The notes: a model not told the origin generated them from the sequence alone. Shown: positions 50,544 to 62,593, counted from the first letter of the stretch. The stretch is 64,000 nucleotides of DNA from Bradymonadia bacterium (GCA_046290225.1 JBKAGE010000046.1:28505-92504); one strand, 5' to 3'. A program made the numbers and translations.

Positions 50544-50990
50544 CTACGTGCCAGGTGATCGGATGCCTCGCAGAGTAGAGGCCTCAGGCAGAATGATCGT
50601 GTGCGTCCAATAATGGGCAAAGATGCGCGCCAGCTCAGTGGCGCCGGGCGCCATGACCACATTCGAGGCGACGCCGAGGGCGTAGAGTTCGTCTCCCTCG
50701 TCACGTTCGTCGACGACGACGACGGGCAGATGGCACCAGGGGGCCGTGGCCTTGATCGATTTGATCAAGGCAGCATCGTTCAGCCGGGCTCGGGCCCCAT
50801 CGATGATCAACAAATGCGGAATGTCCGCGATGGGCTGCTCCAGGTTCTCGCTCCAGCGAGCCTCTGCCTCGGGGCTCAAACGCTGCACCCGGGCCCCTGA
50901 AGCCTCCAGGGCCGTGTGGAGCATCGACAACACATCATCTTCTTGTGTGGGGTTCTCTGGCATCGGCCCCACCACCCAGACCGTCACCAC
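50544..50990 (-). CDS. Atypical single-domain response-regulator receiver (Rcp1-like)
   Basis: PHLLIID, IKSIK..LPVVVV, YALGVASNVV, YWTHTIILP. Lacks the conserved Thr/Ser and Lys. Confidence 0.55.
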   Translation of the reverse strand: MVTVWVVGPMPENPTQEDDVLSMLHTALEASGARVQRLSPEAEARWSENLEQPIADIPHLLIIDGARARLNDAALIKSIKATAPWCHLPVVVVDERDEGDELYALGVASNVVMAPGATELARIFAHYWTHTIILPEASTLRGIRSPGT

Positions 50991-50996
50991 GAGACG

Positions 50997-51542
50997 CTAC
51001 TCCGTGTCATTGAACCTGAGCACCGGGCCACTCCGGATCTGCTCATTGTCATTGACCTCTGCCTGCCGCTCGAAACGCGAGAACGTGAGATCACAATCCA
51101 GATCGCCCTCGGCGATGGCGGTGAACTGTGCTTCTGTGCCCTTCCCGTCAGACTCGAATTTGTACCAGTAGTAGTGATCTTCGTTCATGGCGAAGGTCAG
51201 AGCCAGCCAGGTGGTGTGACGCCAGTCACCCAAATCAGGGGGACACAGGTCGGCGGCAGCACCTCCGCAGCACGAGTTCTGAGCGGGGGTGCCCCCTCGA
51301 GGCGCCGAGTCGGGGAACTGCCGTTCGAGGCTCCCACCGGTCCGGCTGCCCCAGTCCTTGGCATAGTAAGCCACAGCACCATTGTAGATTTTGCCAATGT
51401 TCGTCACCGCTTCGACGGTCTTGGCGTTGCGTAGATATTTGGAGAATGCCGGAATCGACACCGTGGCGAGGACAGCGATGATGGACACGACGACCATCAG
51501 TTCGACGAGGGTGAAGCCTCGATGGTTTTGGTGGTGACGCAT
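50997..51542 (-). CDS. Type IV pilin-like protein
   Basis: Class III signal RG|FTLVELMVVVSIIAVLA, AKTVEA, C-terminal AEGDLDCD. GGAGG RBS. Confidence 0.9.
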   Translation of the reverse strand: MRHHQNHRGFTLVELMVVVSIIAVLATVSIPAFSKYLRNAKTVEAVTNIGKIYNGAVAYYAKDWGSRTGGSLERQFPDSAPRGGTPAQNSCCGGAAADLCPPDLGDWRHTTWLALTFAMNEDHYYWYKFESDGKGTEAQFTAIAEGDLDCDLTFSRFERQAEVNDNEQIRSGPVLRFNDTE

Positions 51543-51681
51543 GGATCCTCCCTCCAAATCGGAACACAGGTTATCAAACGGCACCAACCGGCGTCACCTT
51601 TCGCGGCGGAAGAAAATCGCAGGTGGGCACATCACGCCCCTGACTCGGCCTGATGTGGTGTGAAGGCAAATCGCTCAGGGC

Positions 51682-51713
51682 AAAAAAAAACGGGGCGGCC
51701 GAAGCCACCCCGT
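51682..51713 (-). terminator. Intrinsic terminator after the OM protein gene
   Basis: ACGGGGTGGC-TTCG-GCCGCCCCG followed by T9 on the minus strand. Confidence 0.9.
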
Positions 51714-51772
51714 CTTCAAATCAACTCGCCTTCACACATGAAGGCTGAGCGACTTGTGCAGGCTCACCGGTC

Positions 51773-52375
51773 TCAGAACCAGAAGGTGAAGCCGATGTTG
51801 CCGAAGGCGCCAGCGCCGCCGTTGCCACCGATGATGATGTCGGTGCCCTTGGCGCCAGCGGCGCCGGGAGCGGCGAGGGTGCTGCCCTTCTCGGGGTTCG
51901 AGACGTAGGCGATGCCGGTCTCCATGTGCATGGAGAAGTACTTGATGGGGAACCAGTAGACGCGGACGGGGATGTCGATGCCGATCTGGGTCACGCTCTC
52001 GAGATCATCGCCGTCGTCGTTGACGGAGGTGGGAGCACCAGCGACGTGGTTACCGAGACCCACGTTGAGACGGCCACCAACGGTGAGGGCGGCGGCGTCA
52101 GCGCGAAGGGCCTGGAAGTGCACACCGGCGCCGAGGCGGATGTTGTTGGTGCGCTTGTCGGCGTCGGAGTCGTCGGGGCTGATGCTGTGCACCCCGAGGA
52201 TGCCCTCGATGATGAGGTTGCCGGTGGCGAAGTTGAAGGTGAGACCGTCGGTGCCACCGATGGCACGGGCGTACCCAACGCCCTTCTTGCCGTTCAGGGG
52301 CACTGCGCTGGCGGTGCTGAAGCTGGCGGCCACCATGGCGACCACGGCAAGAGCGAGAAGGCTGAGCTTACGCAT
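51773..52375 (-). CDS. Small outer-membrane beta-barrel protein, probably highly expressed
   Basis: Signal peptide (STASA), alternating strands, C-terminal FTFWF, strongly optimised codons, GGAGG RBS, own terminator. Confidence 0.75.
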   Translation of the reverse strand: MRKLSLLALAVVAMVAASFSTASAVPLNGKKGVGYARAIGGTDGLTFNFATGNLIIEGILGVHSISPDDSDADKRTNNIRLGAGVHFQALRADAAALTVGGRLNVGLGNHVAGAPTSVNDDGDDLESVTQIGIDIPVRVYWFPIKYFSMHMETGIAYVSNPEKGSTLAAPGAAGAKGTDIIIGGNGGAGAFGNIGFTFWF

Positions 52376-52557
52376 GTACTTCCTCCCAAAAACACCCATG
52401 TTTGAGGGTGTAGTCATAGGATAGATATGGCGATTCACTGGCCATATCTTTCATAAACAACTTGATTTTCTTTAGAGCGAAGCCACTGGTCACAGGACTT
52501 AGCGCCTCTGCGACCCCCCCATGCACACAATTCACGGGGCGCTCAAGATCGCAGGCA

Positions 52558-52585
52558 ATTAAAACACCCGAAAAAGGGTTGTCAA
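52558..52585 (-). promoter_or_regulatory. Sigma70-like promoter for the OM protein gene
   Basis: TTGACA-16 bp-TTTAAT with TG before the -10, in an AT-rich divergent spacer. Confidence 0.5.
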
Positions 52586-52718
52586 ACAAATCCTGTGAGC
52601 TTGTAAATGAACACAACAACCGAACATTCAGAGGCAACTGCTTGCTCTCCAGAAAGTCTCCGCTGTTGTCGGGGCACTCTAGTGGCTCCTTCGGGGATGT
52701 AAAGAGAAAATCCCCTGG

Positions 52719-52747
52719 TTGACAACCCCTCCGCCGGGCCTTATTCC
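52719..52747 (+). promoter_or_regulatory. Sigma70-like promoter of ribF (probably leaderless)
   Basis: TTGACA-17 bp-TATTCC ending 8 bp before the ATG. No SD sequence. Confidence 0.55.
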
Positions 52748-52755
52748 CTGCGACC

Positions 52756-53757
52756 ATGCGGGTCTTCTCCCACCATGAAGAGGTTGCGGGTCTCGAAGGA
52801 CCAGTGGCCGTCACCATCGGCAACTTCGACGGCGTGCATCGGGGACATCGCGCCCTCATCGAGCACGCTCGATCGCTCGTACGAGCAGAGGGTGGTGTGG
52901 TGTATGTGCTCACGTTCTCCCCTCACCCGGTGCGCATTCTCGCGCCCCAGGCAGCGCCGCCCTTGATTTGCAACCGGCACGATAAGAGACGATTGCTCAA
53001 AGGTGCGGGCGTCGACGGGGTACTTGAGCAGACATTCACAAAAAAATTCGCCGCCCTCTCCCCAAACGATTTTGTGGAGCGCGTGCTGGCCCGCTCGCTC
53101 AGGGCGAAACATGTCGTCGTGGGGTACGATTTCAGCTTTGGCGCCCGTCGTGCGGGTCGCACCACCGATCTCATCTCTCTCGGTGAACAACATGGCTTTG
53201 CCGCCCACGTCATCTCGGCCCAACAGGTCGAAGATGTGGAGGGCGCCGAGCCTTTTGTCGCGTCGAGCAGCGCCATCCGCGCAGCAGTGGCTGGGGGTCG
53301 ACTCGAGCAGGCGTGCCAGATCATGGGCCGCCCTTTTCACGTGCCGGGCACAGTGGTGCAAGGTGATCAGCGCGGTCGCCTCATCGGGTTCCCCACAGCA
53401 AACCTGGGCACAGAGCACGAGCTCCTGCCTCAAGGCGGGGTCTACGCCGGCTGGCTTGATGTAGATGGCACAATGCACCCCGCGGTGATCAATGTGGGCA
53501 CCAAGCCCACCTTCGATGGTGAGCAACTCACCATCGAGGCCCACGCCATCGACGTCGAGGGCCTCGATCTCTACGGCAAGGCAGCGCACGTCTACTTCGA
53601 GCGGCGCCTCCGGGCCGAGCAACGCTTTGATGGCATCGACGCCCTGGTGGCACAGATCGGCCAGGATCGAGATGCTGCTCGGGTCGATCTCCAGCGGCGC
53701 TCACCACCAGATTCTCTGATGTGCATCGACGTGCCCCTGCCCACCTCAGCCTCTTGA
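52756..53757 (+). CDS. ribF: Bifunctional riboflavin kinase/FAD synthetase
   Basis: TIGNFDGVHRGH, VGYDFSFG, SSSAIR, GRLIGFPTAN, GVYA, NVGTKPTF, IEAH. Confidence 0.96.
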   Translation: MRVFSHHEEVAGLEGPVAVTIGNFDGVHRGHRALIEHARSLVRAEGGVVYVLTFSPHPVRILAPQAAPPLICNRHDKRRLLKGAGVDGVLEQTFTKKFAALSPNDFVERVLARSLRAKHVVVGYDFSFGARRAGRTTDLISLGEQHGFAAHVISAQQVEDVEGAEPFVASSSAIRAAVAGGRLEQACQIMGRPFHVPGTVVQGDQRGRLIGFPTANLGTEHELLPQGGVYAGWLDVDGTMHPAVINVGTKPTFDGEQLTIEAHAIDVEGLDLYGKAAHVYFERRLRAEQRFDGIDALVAQIGQDRDAARVDLQRRSPPDSLMCIDVPLPTSAS

Positions 53758-54602
53758 GCCCGCCCCTACAGCTCGGTCTCATCGGACACCCGGTGGCCCA
53801 CAGCCTCTCTCCAGTGCTCCACAGCGCTGCAGGTCAGAGTGCAGACCTCGATGTGCATTATCGCCTGTTCGATGTGGCCCCAGAGGCGCTCCCCACGTGG
53901 CTGGCTCAGCTCGACCGCAGACAGCTCGTGGGGTTCAACGCCACCATCCCCCACAAAGAGGCGATGGCTCGCCACGTCGACCGGCTCACCCCTCTCGCGG
54001 CGCGGCTGGGCGCGGTGAACACCATCACGGTGGATGCCGACGGCACCCTTGAAGGGCACAACACCGATGTCGAGGGGTTTCAGCGCGATCTGGTGGCGCA
54101 CCTCGGCGGGATTCCGCGCCATCGCGCCGTAGTGCTCGGCGCAGGGGGGTCAGCCCGGGCAGTGGCCGTCGCTCTGGAGGCGCTGGGGTTCAACCAGTTG
54201 ATTTTCCTCAACCGTTCTCTTGCCCGCGCCGAACATCTTGTCAGCGATTTGGCATTGTCGATGGGCGAATGTGGCACCCTGAACGACCTGTCCGAGGCCC
54301 TCGTGGGCGCGTCGGTGCTCGTGAGCACGCTCCCTCATGGTGTGTGGGCTACGGCCTCGGGCGCATCTCTCGATCAGGCGTTGGCGCACACCCGCCCGGG
54401 GGCGGTGATCTGCGACATTGCGTACGGTGGGGGCGAGAGCCTCCTGCTCTCTGGTGCCCGGCGTCACGGTCGGGTGGCCATGGATGGTCTGGGCATGCTG
54501 GTTCACCAGGGTGTGCTGGCCTTCATGCGCTGGACAGGGCAGCAGCCAGACCTGCCGGCGGTGATGTCGGCGGTGCGCGCCGCAGCGCGTGCTCGCTCTT
54601 GA
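53754..54602 (+). CDS. aroE: Shikimate dehydrogenase
   Basis: GHPVAHSLSP, GFNATIPHK, GAVNT, NTDVEG, LGAGGSARA, DGLGMLVHQG. TTG start overlaps the ribF stop. Confidence 0.94.
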   Translation: MSPPLQLGLIGHPVAHSLSPVLHSAAGQSADLDVHYRLFDVAPEALPTWLAQLDRRQLVGFNATIPHKEAMARHVDRLTPLAARLGAVNTITVDADGTLEGHNTDVEGFQRDLVAHLGGIPRHRAVVLGAGGSARAVAVALEALGFNQLIFLNRSLARAEHLVSDLALSMGECGTLNDLSEALVGASVLVSTLPHGVWATASGASLDQALAHTRPGAVICDIAYGGGESLLLSGARRHGRVAMDGLGMLVHQGVLAFMRWTGQQPDLPAVMSAVRAAARARS

Positions 54603-54718
54603 GCTGGCTCGGGCATCATTGACAGGGCCCATGGTCGCTGCATAGATAGACACTCGGGCTCTTCCACATGGCGTGGTCGGGCCTTCACAGCAACGCTTCT
54701 CGAGGGTTGAGACGCCAT

Positions 54719-56416
54719 ATGTCTGATCGACTGGGTGAACTCCTGGTTCGTGAGAACTTCATCAGCCTCGCTCAGCTCAAAGATGCCCAGGAGGCCCAGC
54801 GGCGCTCCGGGGAGAAGCTGGGCTACACTCTGACCAAGCTCGGCTTCATCGGTCAGAAAGATCTCACCACCTTCCTCAGCAAGCAGTACGGGGTGCCCCC
54901 CATCGACCTCGAAGAGGATTCGATCGATCCCGAGGTCATCAAGCTGATCCCCAAAGAGGTGGCGCAACAACACATGGTGCTGCCGGTGCGCCGAGCGGGC
55001 TCTTCGCTCATCGTGGCCATGAGCGACCCGTCGAACATCTACGCCATCGACGATTTGTCGTTCCTCACGGGCTACAACATCGAGGTGGTGGTGGCGAGCG
55101 AGGTGGCCCTGCAAGAGGCCCTGGCCCGTTACTACGACGAGTCCAACGTCGACTACAGCGAGATCATGGAGGGCTTCAACGAGTCCGACATCGAGGTGGC
55201 CGACGACGACGATCTCGAAGACATCGTCGATCTCGAGAAGTCCTCTGAAGAGGCCCCGGTGGTCAGGCTGGTGAACCTGATCCTCGTCGACGCCATTAAG
55301 AAGGGCGCCTCCGACATCCACATCGAGCCCTACGAGAAATCGTTCCGGGTGCGTTATCGCATCGACGGGGTGCTCTACGAGATCATGAACCCCCCGATGA
55401 AGCTGCGCAACGCGATGATCTCGCGCTTGAAGATCATGAGCGCCCTCGACATCGCCGAGCGCCGCCTGCCTCAAGATGGCCGCATCAAGCTCAAGCTCGG
55501 CCAGGGCCGGGAGATGGACTTCCGCGTCAGCGTGCTGCCCACGCTCTTCGGCGAGAAGGTGGTGCTCCGCCTGCTCGACAAGAGCAACCTGCAGCTCGAC
55601 ATGACCAAGTTGGGTTTTGAGGGCCCACAGCTCGAAGACTTCAAGGACTCGATCCACAAGCCCTTCGGCATGGTCCTGGTGACGGGGCCCACGGGTTCCG
55701 GCAAGACCACCACGCTGTATTCCGCCCTCTCCGAGCTGAACAAGAGCTCCGAGAACATCAGCACCGCTGAAGATCCGGTGGAGTTCAACCTCGGCGGCAT
55801 CAACCAGGTGCAGATGAACGAGGGCATCGGCCTCAACTTCGCCGCATCGCTGCGCAGCTTCCTGCGTCAGGATCCCGACATCATCATGGTCGGTGAGATT
55901 CGAGACTTCGAAACCGCTGAGATCGCAGTCAAGGCAGCACTCACCGGCCACATGGTGTTGAGCACCCTGCACACCAACGACGCACCCTCGACGGTGAACC
56001 GTTTGCTCAACATGGGCGTGGAGCCCTTCCTGGTCACCGCATCAGTGAACTGCATCGTGGCCCAGCGTCTCGCTCGCCGCATCTGTTCGGACTGCAAGGC
56101 CCCCATCGATGTGCCCAAAGAGCGCCTGATCGAGATCGGAGTACCCGCGGACAAGCTGGCCTCGGCGACGATCTACAAGGGCCAGGGCTGCCGGACCTGC
56201 AACGACACGGGCTACAAAGGCCGTGTGGCGGTCTACGAAGTCATGAAGCTCGGTGACGAGCTCAAAGAATTCGTGCTGCAAGGGGTGAGCAACGTCGAGC
56301 TCAAGCGCGAGGCCATGCGCCTCGGCATGAAGACGCTCAGGCAATCGGCGCTGGGCAAACTGCTCGAGGGGGTCACCACCATCGACGAGGTCCTCCGCTG
56401 CTCCGCAGGCGACTGA
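54719..56416 (+). CDS. pilB: Type IV pilus assembly ATPase
   Basis: RLGELLV, ASDIHIEP, DIAERRLPQDG, GPTGSGKTTT, LRQDPDIIMVGEIRD, tetra-Cys motif. Confidence 0.96.
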   Translation: MSDRLGELLVRENFISLAQLKDAQEAQRRSGEKLGYTLTKLGFIGQKDLTTFLSKQYGVPPIDLEEDSIDPEVIKLIPKEVAQQHMVLPVRRAGSSLIVAMSDPSNIYAIDDLSFLTGYNIEVVVASEVALQEALARYYDESNVDYSEIMEGFNESDIEVADDDDLEDIVDLEKSSEEAPVVRLVNLILVDAIKKGASDIHIEPYEKSFRVRYRIDGVLYEIMNPPMKLRNAMISRLKIMSALDIAERRLPQDGRIKLKLGQGREMDFRVSVLPTLFGEKVVLRLLDKSNLQLDMTKLGFEGPQLEDFKDSIHKPFGMVLVTGPTGSGKTTTLYSALSELNKSSENISTAEDPVEFNLGGINQVQMNEGIGLNFAASLRSFLRQDPDIIMVGEIRDFETAEIAVKAALTGHMVLSTLHTNDAPSTVNRLLNMGVEPFLVTASVNCIVAQRLARRICSDCKAPIDVPKERLIEIGVPADKLASATIYKGQGCRTCNDTGYKGRVAVYEVMKLGDELKEFVLQGVSNVELKREAMRLGMKTLRQSALGKLLEGVTTIDEVLRCSAGD

Positions 56417-56429
56417 GGGCCGCTGCTTC

Positions 56430-57521
56430 ATGGGCAACCAGACCCCCACCTTGAATCAGCTGCTCGAGCTGATGATTCAACAAGGTGCCAGCGATCTGCA
56501 CATCACAACGGGCAGCCCGCCTCAGCTCCGCATCGACGGCCAGCTGATCCCGGTGCGTATCCCGCGGCTCATGGCACCGCAGGCACGAGCGCTGTGTCTG
56601 AGCCACGTCACCGAGGAGCAGCGACAACGCTTCGAGGAGACACGGGAGCTCGATTTCAGCTTCGGTATCCCGGGTCTCGCGCGATTCAGGGCCAACCTCT
56701 ACTGGCAACGTGGCTCGGTGAGTGGCGCTTTTCGCGCGATCCCCACCCGGGTGATGACCCTCGAAGAACTCCAGCTGCCCCGGGCCGTCACAGAGATGGC
56801 GAGCCGGCCTCAAGGGCTGTTTCTGGTCACGGGCCCCACTGGATCGGGGAAGTCGACGACGCTGGCCTCCATCATCGACTTCATCAACACCCACCACCGC
56901 GGCCACATCATCACCATCGAAGATCCCATCGAGTTTTTGCACGAGCACAAGAACTGCCTGATCAATCAGCGGGAGCTTCGATCGGACACACACTCCTTCG
57001 CCCATGCGCTCAAGTACGTACTCCGGCAAGATCCAGATGTAGTACTCATCGGCGAAATGCGGGATCCCGAGACGATGGAGGCCGCCCTCACCATCGCCGA
57101 GACAGGGCATCTGTGCATGGCCACGCTCCACACCAACGGTGCGGTGCAGTCCATCAACCGCATCATCGACTCGTTCCCGACCCACCGTCAGGCGCAGGTC
57201 CGGGTGCAGCTGAGCTTTGTGCTCGAGGCCGTGCTCAGCCAGCAACTGCTCCCCAAGGCTTCGGGGAGCGGACGAGTCATGGCCTGTGAGTTGATGCTGG
57301 CCACTCCAGCGATCCGCAACCTGATCCGAGAAGGAAAGACCCACCAAATCTACGGACAGATGCAGGTGGGACAACAACAGCACAGCATGCAGACTCTCAA
57401 TCAGTGCCTGCACCGCTTGATCGGTCAGAGACGGGTCACCCCAGAAGCCGCCCTCGCCCGCAGCCCTGATCCAGATGAGCTCAGGCAGATGATTCAGGGC
57501 AGACGCGGAGTGCGACCATGA
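56430..57521 (+). CDS. pilT: Type IV pilus retraction ATPase
   Basis: ASDLHIT, GPTGSGKSTT, TIEDPIE, LRQDPDV, AIRNLIRE motif. Confidence 0.96.
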   Translation: MGNQTPTLNQLLELMIQQGASDLHITTGSPPQLRIDGQLIPVRIPRLMAPQARALCLSHVTEEQRQRFEETRELDFSFGIPGLARFRANLYWQRGSVSGAFRAIPTRVMTLEELQLPRAVTEMASRPQGLFLVTGPTGSGKSTTLASIIDFINTHHRGHIITIEDPIEFLHEHKNCLINQRELRSDTHSFAHALKYVLRQDPDVVLIGEMRDPETMEAALTIAETGHLCMATLHTNGAVQSINRIIDSFPTHRQAQVRVQLSFVLEAVLSQQLLPKASGSGRVMACELMLATPAIRNLIREGKTHQIYGQMQVGQQQHSMQTLNQCLHRLIGQRRVTPEAALARSPDPDELRQMIQGRRGVRP

Positions 57522-57636
57522 CCGAGACACGCTGTTGTCCAGCGCTCACCGGGCGCCTTTGCTCGACGGGCCTTGATGGAGGTAACATGCGACCACACCA
57601 GAGCGCTCCTCGGGCGCCTGATGATCGGAGGTCTTG

Positions 57637-58853
<1,217 letters not shown>

Positions 58854-58857
<4 letters not shown>

Positions 58858-60584
58858 CCAGCGCCTCTCTCAATCAACCCCCCAGGATGGGGGTGGAGCC
58901 TCAAGCGCGGTCCTCTGCGCCTGCACCTCGGCTGACCCTCGCCGCCAAGCTTCAATGGCTGATGTTGTTCCGGGTGGTGATGATCACCGTGCTGTTGGGA
59001 TCCACCCTCGTGGTCAACATCCGCGCGGGCAGCGGCCTGGGACACCCCACGACTCAGGCCCTGCTGGCGATCATCATCACCACCTATGGCCTGACCATCG
59101 TCTATGCCATCTTGCTGCGCCAGCTCAAGCGGCTGGTGCGCTTCGCGCAGATACAGCTGCTCAGCGACGTGGTGCTCACGACGGCCCTGGTCTACCTCAC
59201 AGGGGAGGCCCAGAGCGTCTTCTTGTTCATGTACTCCCTCACGGTGCTCAACGCCGCGGTGTTGTTGTTCCGTAAGGGCGCTCTGATGTTTGCGGGCATT
59301 TGCTCGGTGGTGGTCGTGGCGCTGGTCATCCACCGGTGGTGGGTGCTCGATGGTCGGCTCCCCCACATGAAGCCCGAGCAGGTACGCTCGCTGCTGGAGA
59401 CAGGCGTCGTGAACATCGCCGCCCTCTTCGTGGTTGCTCTGCTCTCTGGATACCTCGCGGAGCAAGTGCGCAACACGGGTGAGCGCCTGCAACTGGCCGA
59501 CGCCGACGTGCGGCACCTCAAGGCCCTCAACAGCCTCATCGCAACCAGCATCCAGAGTGGCCTCATCGGCTACGACGCCGAGGCGCGACGCATCTTCTTC
59601 GTGAACCCCGCTGCAGCGCGCATCCTCGATATTTCGCCTGGCCACCTGATGGGACAACACATCGAGCACATCTTCCCCGAAACCTCGGGGCGGGAGGCGC
59701 TGACAATGCAGCCTCAGCCCGGTGATCTCGTACGTTGGGAGCACACCCACCCGAACGCGGACCGACACCAGATTCTGGGGTGCAGCCTGTCGCCGCTGAT
59801 CGATCCAGAGCAAGGCCGACAGGGATATGTGGTGGTCTTTCAAGATCTCACGGACCTGCGCAAGATGGAGAGCACACTCGCCCGCTCAGCTCACCTCGCC
59901 GCTCTGGGCCGGATGGCCGCAGGCATGGCCCACGAGCTGCGCAACCCTCTGGCGAGCATGAGCGGCAGCATCCAGATGCTCAGCGAGCGGCCCTCTCTCG
60001 ACGCCGACGATCGTCGCCTGATGAACATCGTGAGCCGGGAGACTGATCGTCTCGAAGGGCTGATCTCGGACTTTTTGCAGTACGCCGGCCATCGTCCCCT
60101 CAATGGTCAGGAGATCGATCTGACTCGATTCCTCGACGAGGTGGTGGAGATGTTCACGCACCGCACATCTCAGAACGACAGAGATCCAGTGCAGGTCGAT
60201 CTCGATATGAGCGCACCGCTGCGGCTCTTCGCTGATCCCGACGCGCTCCGGCAGATCGTCTGGAACCTGCTCAACAACGCCGCTCAAGCCATGGAGTCCG
60301 GCGGCACCATCACGATCTCGACCCGCACGATTCACAATCTGGTGGAGATCACCGTGGCCGATGAAGGGCCTGGTATTGCGCCAGAAGCCCTCGACCAGCT
60401 CTTCGAGCCCTTCTTCACCACGCGTCAACAGGGTACGGGTCTCGGCCTGGCCCTGGTACACCGTTTGATGGAGCGACATGGTGGCGACGTCGACGTCACC
60501 TCAGGTCCTGTGGGGGCGACCTTCATTCTCTCCCTGCCCATGAACGGGGGTGGAGAGCTGATGCAGAGCGAGGTGATCTCATGA
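58854..60584 (+). CDS. pilS: Sensor histidine kinase PilS
   Basis: Six-TM N-terminus, PAS-like domain, AHELRNPL, NLLNNA, DEGPG, FFTT..GTGLGL. Located after pilC. Confidence 0.9.
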
Positions 60585-62029
60585 GCCGGATCTTGATCAT
60601 CGATGACGAGCTCTCGATGCGAGAGTTTCTCGAGATCTACTTCCGTAAGATGGGCCACGAGGTGCGCTGCGCCGCCGATGGCCAGGCGGGCGTCGATCTG
60701 CTCGAGGCAGAGGCCTTCGATCTGGTGATCACCGACTTGAGCATGCCGGGGATGGGTGGCCTCGAGGTCCTCGAACACAGCCGAAACCTTCACCCTGACA
60801 CCCCTGTCTTGATGATCACGGCGTACGCCTCGACGCAAACCGCCCTCGATGCGATGAAGCTCGGGGCCTACGACTACTTCACCAAGCCCTTCAAGCTCGA
60901 TCAGATCGGGCTCACGGTGCGCAAGGCGCTCGAGCGCCGTCGGCTCGCTGTGGAGAACCATCAGCTCCGCTCGGCCCTCACAGAGGGGCAACTCGACACA
61001 AACGACAGCTTCGAGGGCATCATCGGCCGCAGCACGATCATGCGCAGGCTGTTCGGGCTCATCGATCAGGTCTCCGGGGCGCCCTCGAACATTTTGATCA
61101 ATGGGGAGTCGGGCACGGGCAAGGAGCTCGTGGCCCGGGCGATCCACAACCGCAGCGATCGGCGAGATCAGCCCTTCTTGGTCCTCAACTGCGGCGCCGT
61201 GCCCGAGAACCTCATCGAAGCGGAGCTCTTTGGCCACCGACGCGGGGCCTTCACCGGTGCGGATCGTGATCGGCAGGGCATGTTCAACGCCGCCGAGGGG
61301 GGCAGCCTGCTCCTCGACGAGATCGGAGAGATGCCGCTGCAAATGCAGGTGAAGCTGCTGAGGGTCCTGCAGAACGGCAAGATCAGAGCGGTGGGTGACT
61401 TTCACGAAGTCGCTGTAGACGTCAGGGTGCTCGCCGCCACCCACCGCGATCTCGAGGCCGAAGTCGCTGCGGGGCGGTTCCGCGAAGACCTGTACTACCG
61501 CCTCAACGTGATCCGCGTGGATCTCCCCCCGCTGAGGGAGCGCCCGGAAGACATCCCTCTGCTGGTGCACCACTTCATCCAGAAGTACGCGCGGGCCTTC
61601 AACCGCCCTGTGCCCACCCTGGCACCGGCGGTGATGCGGGCCCTGATGAGCCACAACTTCAGCGGCAACGTGAGGGAGCTGGAGAATCTCATCGAGCGGG
61701 CGGTGGCCCTCTCCGACGACCACCGGATCGGCCTCAGAGCCCTGCCTCCAACCTTGCTCGATGTCTCCGCCTCACCCACGCCCACGACGCCTGCCCCCAC
61801 CCCGAGTGTCTCCCTGCCCATGTTGGTGCCGGAGTCGGGGTTGGATCTCGAAGACGCCTTGGAGCGCTATGAGCGTCACCTGATAACCGCAGCCCTCGAG
61901 CGCACGGGTGGGCGTAAAAAACAGGCCGCTCGATTGCTCGGCATCTCGTTTCGCTCTCTGCGCTATCGGCTCGAGAAGCTGAAGATCGAGGGCGGCCGAG
62001 ACGATACCCTGGATGAATCACTGGTATGA
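60581..62029 (+). CDS. pilR: Sigma54-dependent response regulator PilR
   Basis: Receiver domain, GESGTGKE, GAFTGA, FREDLYYRL, C-terminal HTH LLGISFRSLRYRL. Confidence 0.92.
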   Translation: MSRILIIDDELSMREFLEIYFRKMGHEVRCAADGQAGVDLLEAEAFDLVITDLSMPGMGGLEVLEHSRNLHPDTPVLMITAYASTQTALDAMKLGAYDYFTKPFKLDQIGLTVRKALERRRLAVENHQLRSALTEGQLDTNDSFEGIIGRSTIMRRLFGLIDQVSGAPSNILINGESGTGKELVARAIHNRSDRRDQPFLVLNCGAVPENLIEAELFGHRRGAFTGADRDRQGMFNAAEGGSLLLDEIGEMPLQMQVKLLRVLQNGKIRAVGDFHEVAVDVRVLAATHRDLEAEVAAGRFREDLYYRLNVIRVDLPPLRERPEDIPLLVHHFIQKYARAFNRPVPTLAPAVMRALMSHNFSGNVRELENLIERAVALSDDHRIGLRALPPTLLDVSASPTPTTPAPTPSVSLPMLVPESGLDLEDALERYERHLITAALERTGGRKKQAARLLGISFRSLRYRLEKLKIEGGRDDTLDESLV

Positions 62030-62071
62030 TGCTCAGGATTTGAGCACACTCGATCTCAGCAGGAGGATCTC

Positions 62072-62593
62072 ATGAAGCGCACACGCCACCACTCACGTAA
62101 AGGCTTCACCCTCATCGAGCTGATGGCTGTGGTGTCTATTCTCGGGGTCCTCACGGTGTTGGCGGTGAATGGCTACCAGCACTACGTGGTCCAGGCGCGC
62201 ACCGCGGAGGCGGTCAACTTCCTCGGCGGCCTGCGCGCCTCGCAAGAGAGCTACTTTCAGACCTTTGGCACCTACTGCGGTGATCCCAACGCTTGGGCAG
62301 AGCACCCTGAAGGCCCGCCGGGCAAAGAGATGCTCCCCTGGCGCCCCATCTCCAATGATGCCTGGCAACACCTCGGCGTACAGCCTCCGAGCGAGGTGGT
62401 CTGGTATCAGTACCAGTTCAGGGCCGGCGGCCCTGACGACGCCCCCCCGAACGAGGCCTTCACAGAAGAAGACGACGGCAAGGACTGGTATCAGATCCAG
62501 GCCAAGAGCGACTTCGACGGCAACGGTCGGGAGGGCATCTTCGAGGTCACCTCTCGCAACCCCAGACCCTTCATGGTCGCCGACGACGAATAA
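62072..62593 (+). CDS. Type IV pilin-like protein at the pilA position
   Basis: KG|FTLIELMAVVSILGVL, ARTAEA, C-terminal AKSDFDGNG. AGGAGG RBS. Confidence 0.88.
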   Translation: MKRTRHHSRKGFTLIELMAVVSILGVLTVLAVNGYQHYVVQARTAEAVNFLGGLRASQESYFQTFGTYCGDPNAWAEHPEGPPGKEMLPWRPISNDAWQHLGVQPPSEVVWYQYQFRAGGPDDAPPNEAFTEEDDGKDWYQIQAKSDFDGNGREGIFEVTSRNPRPFMVADDE

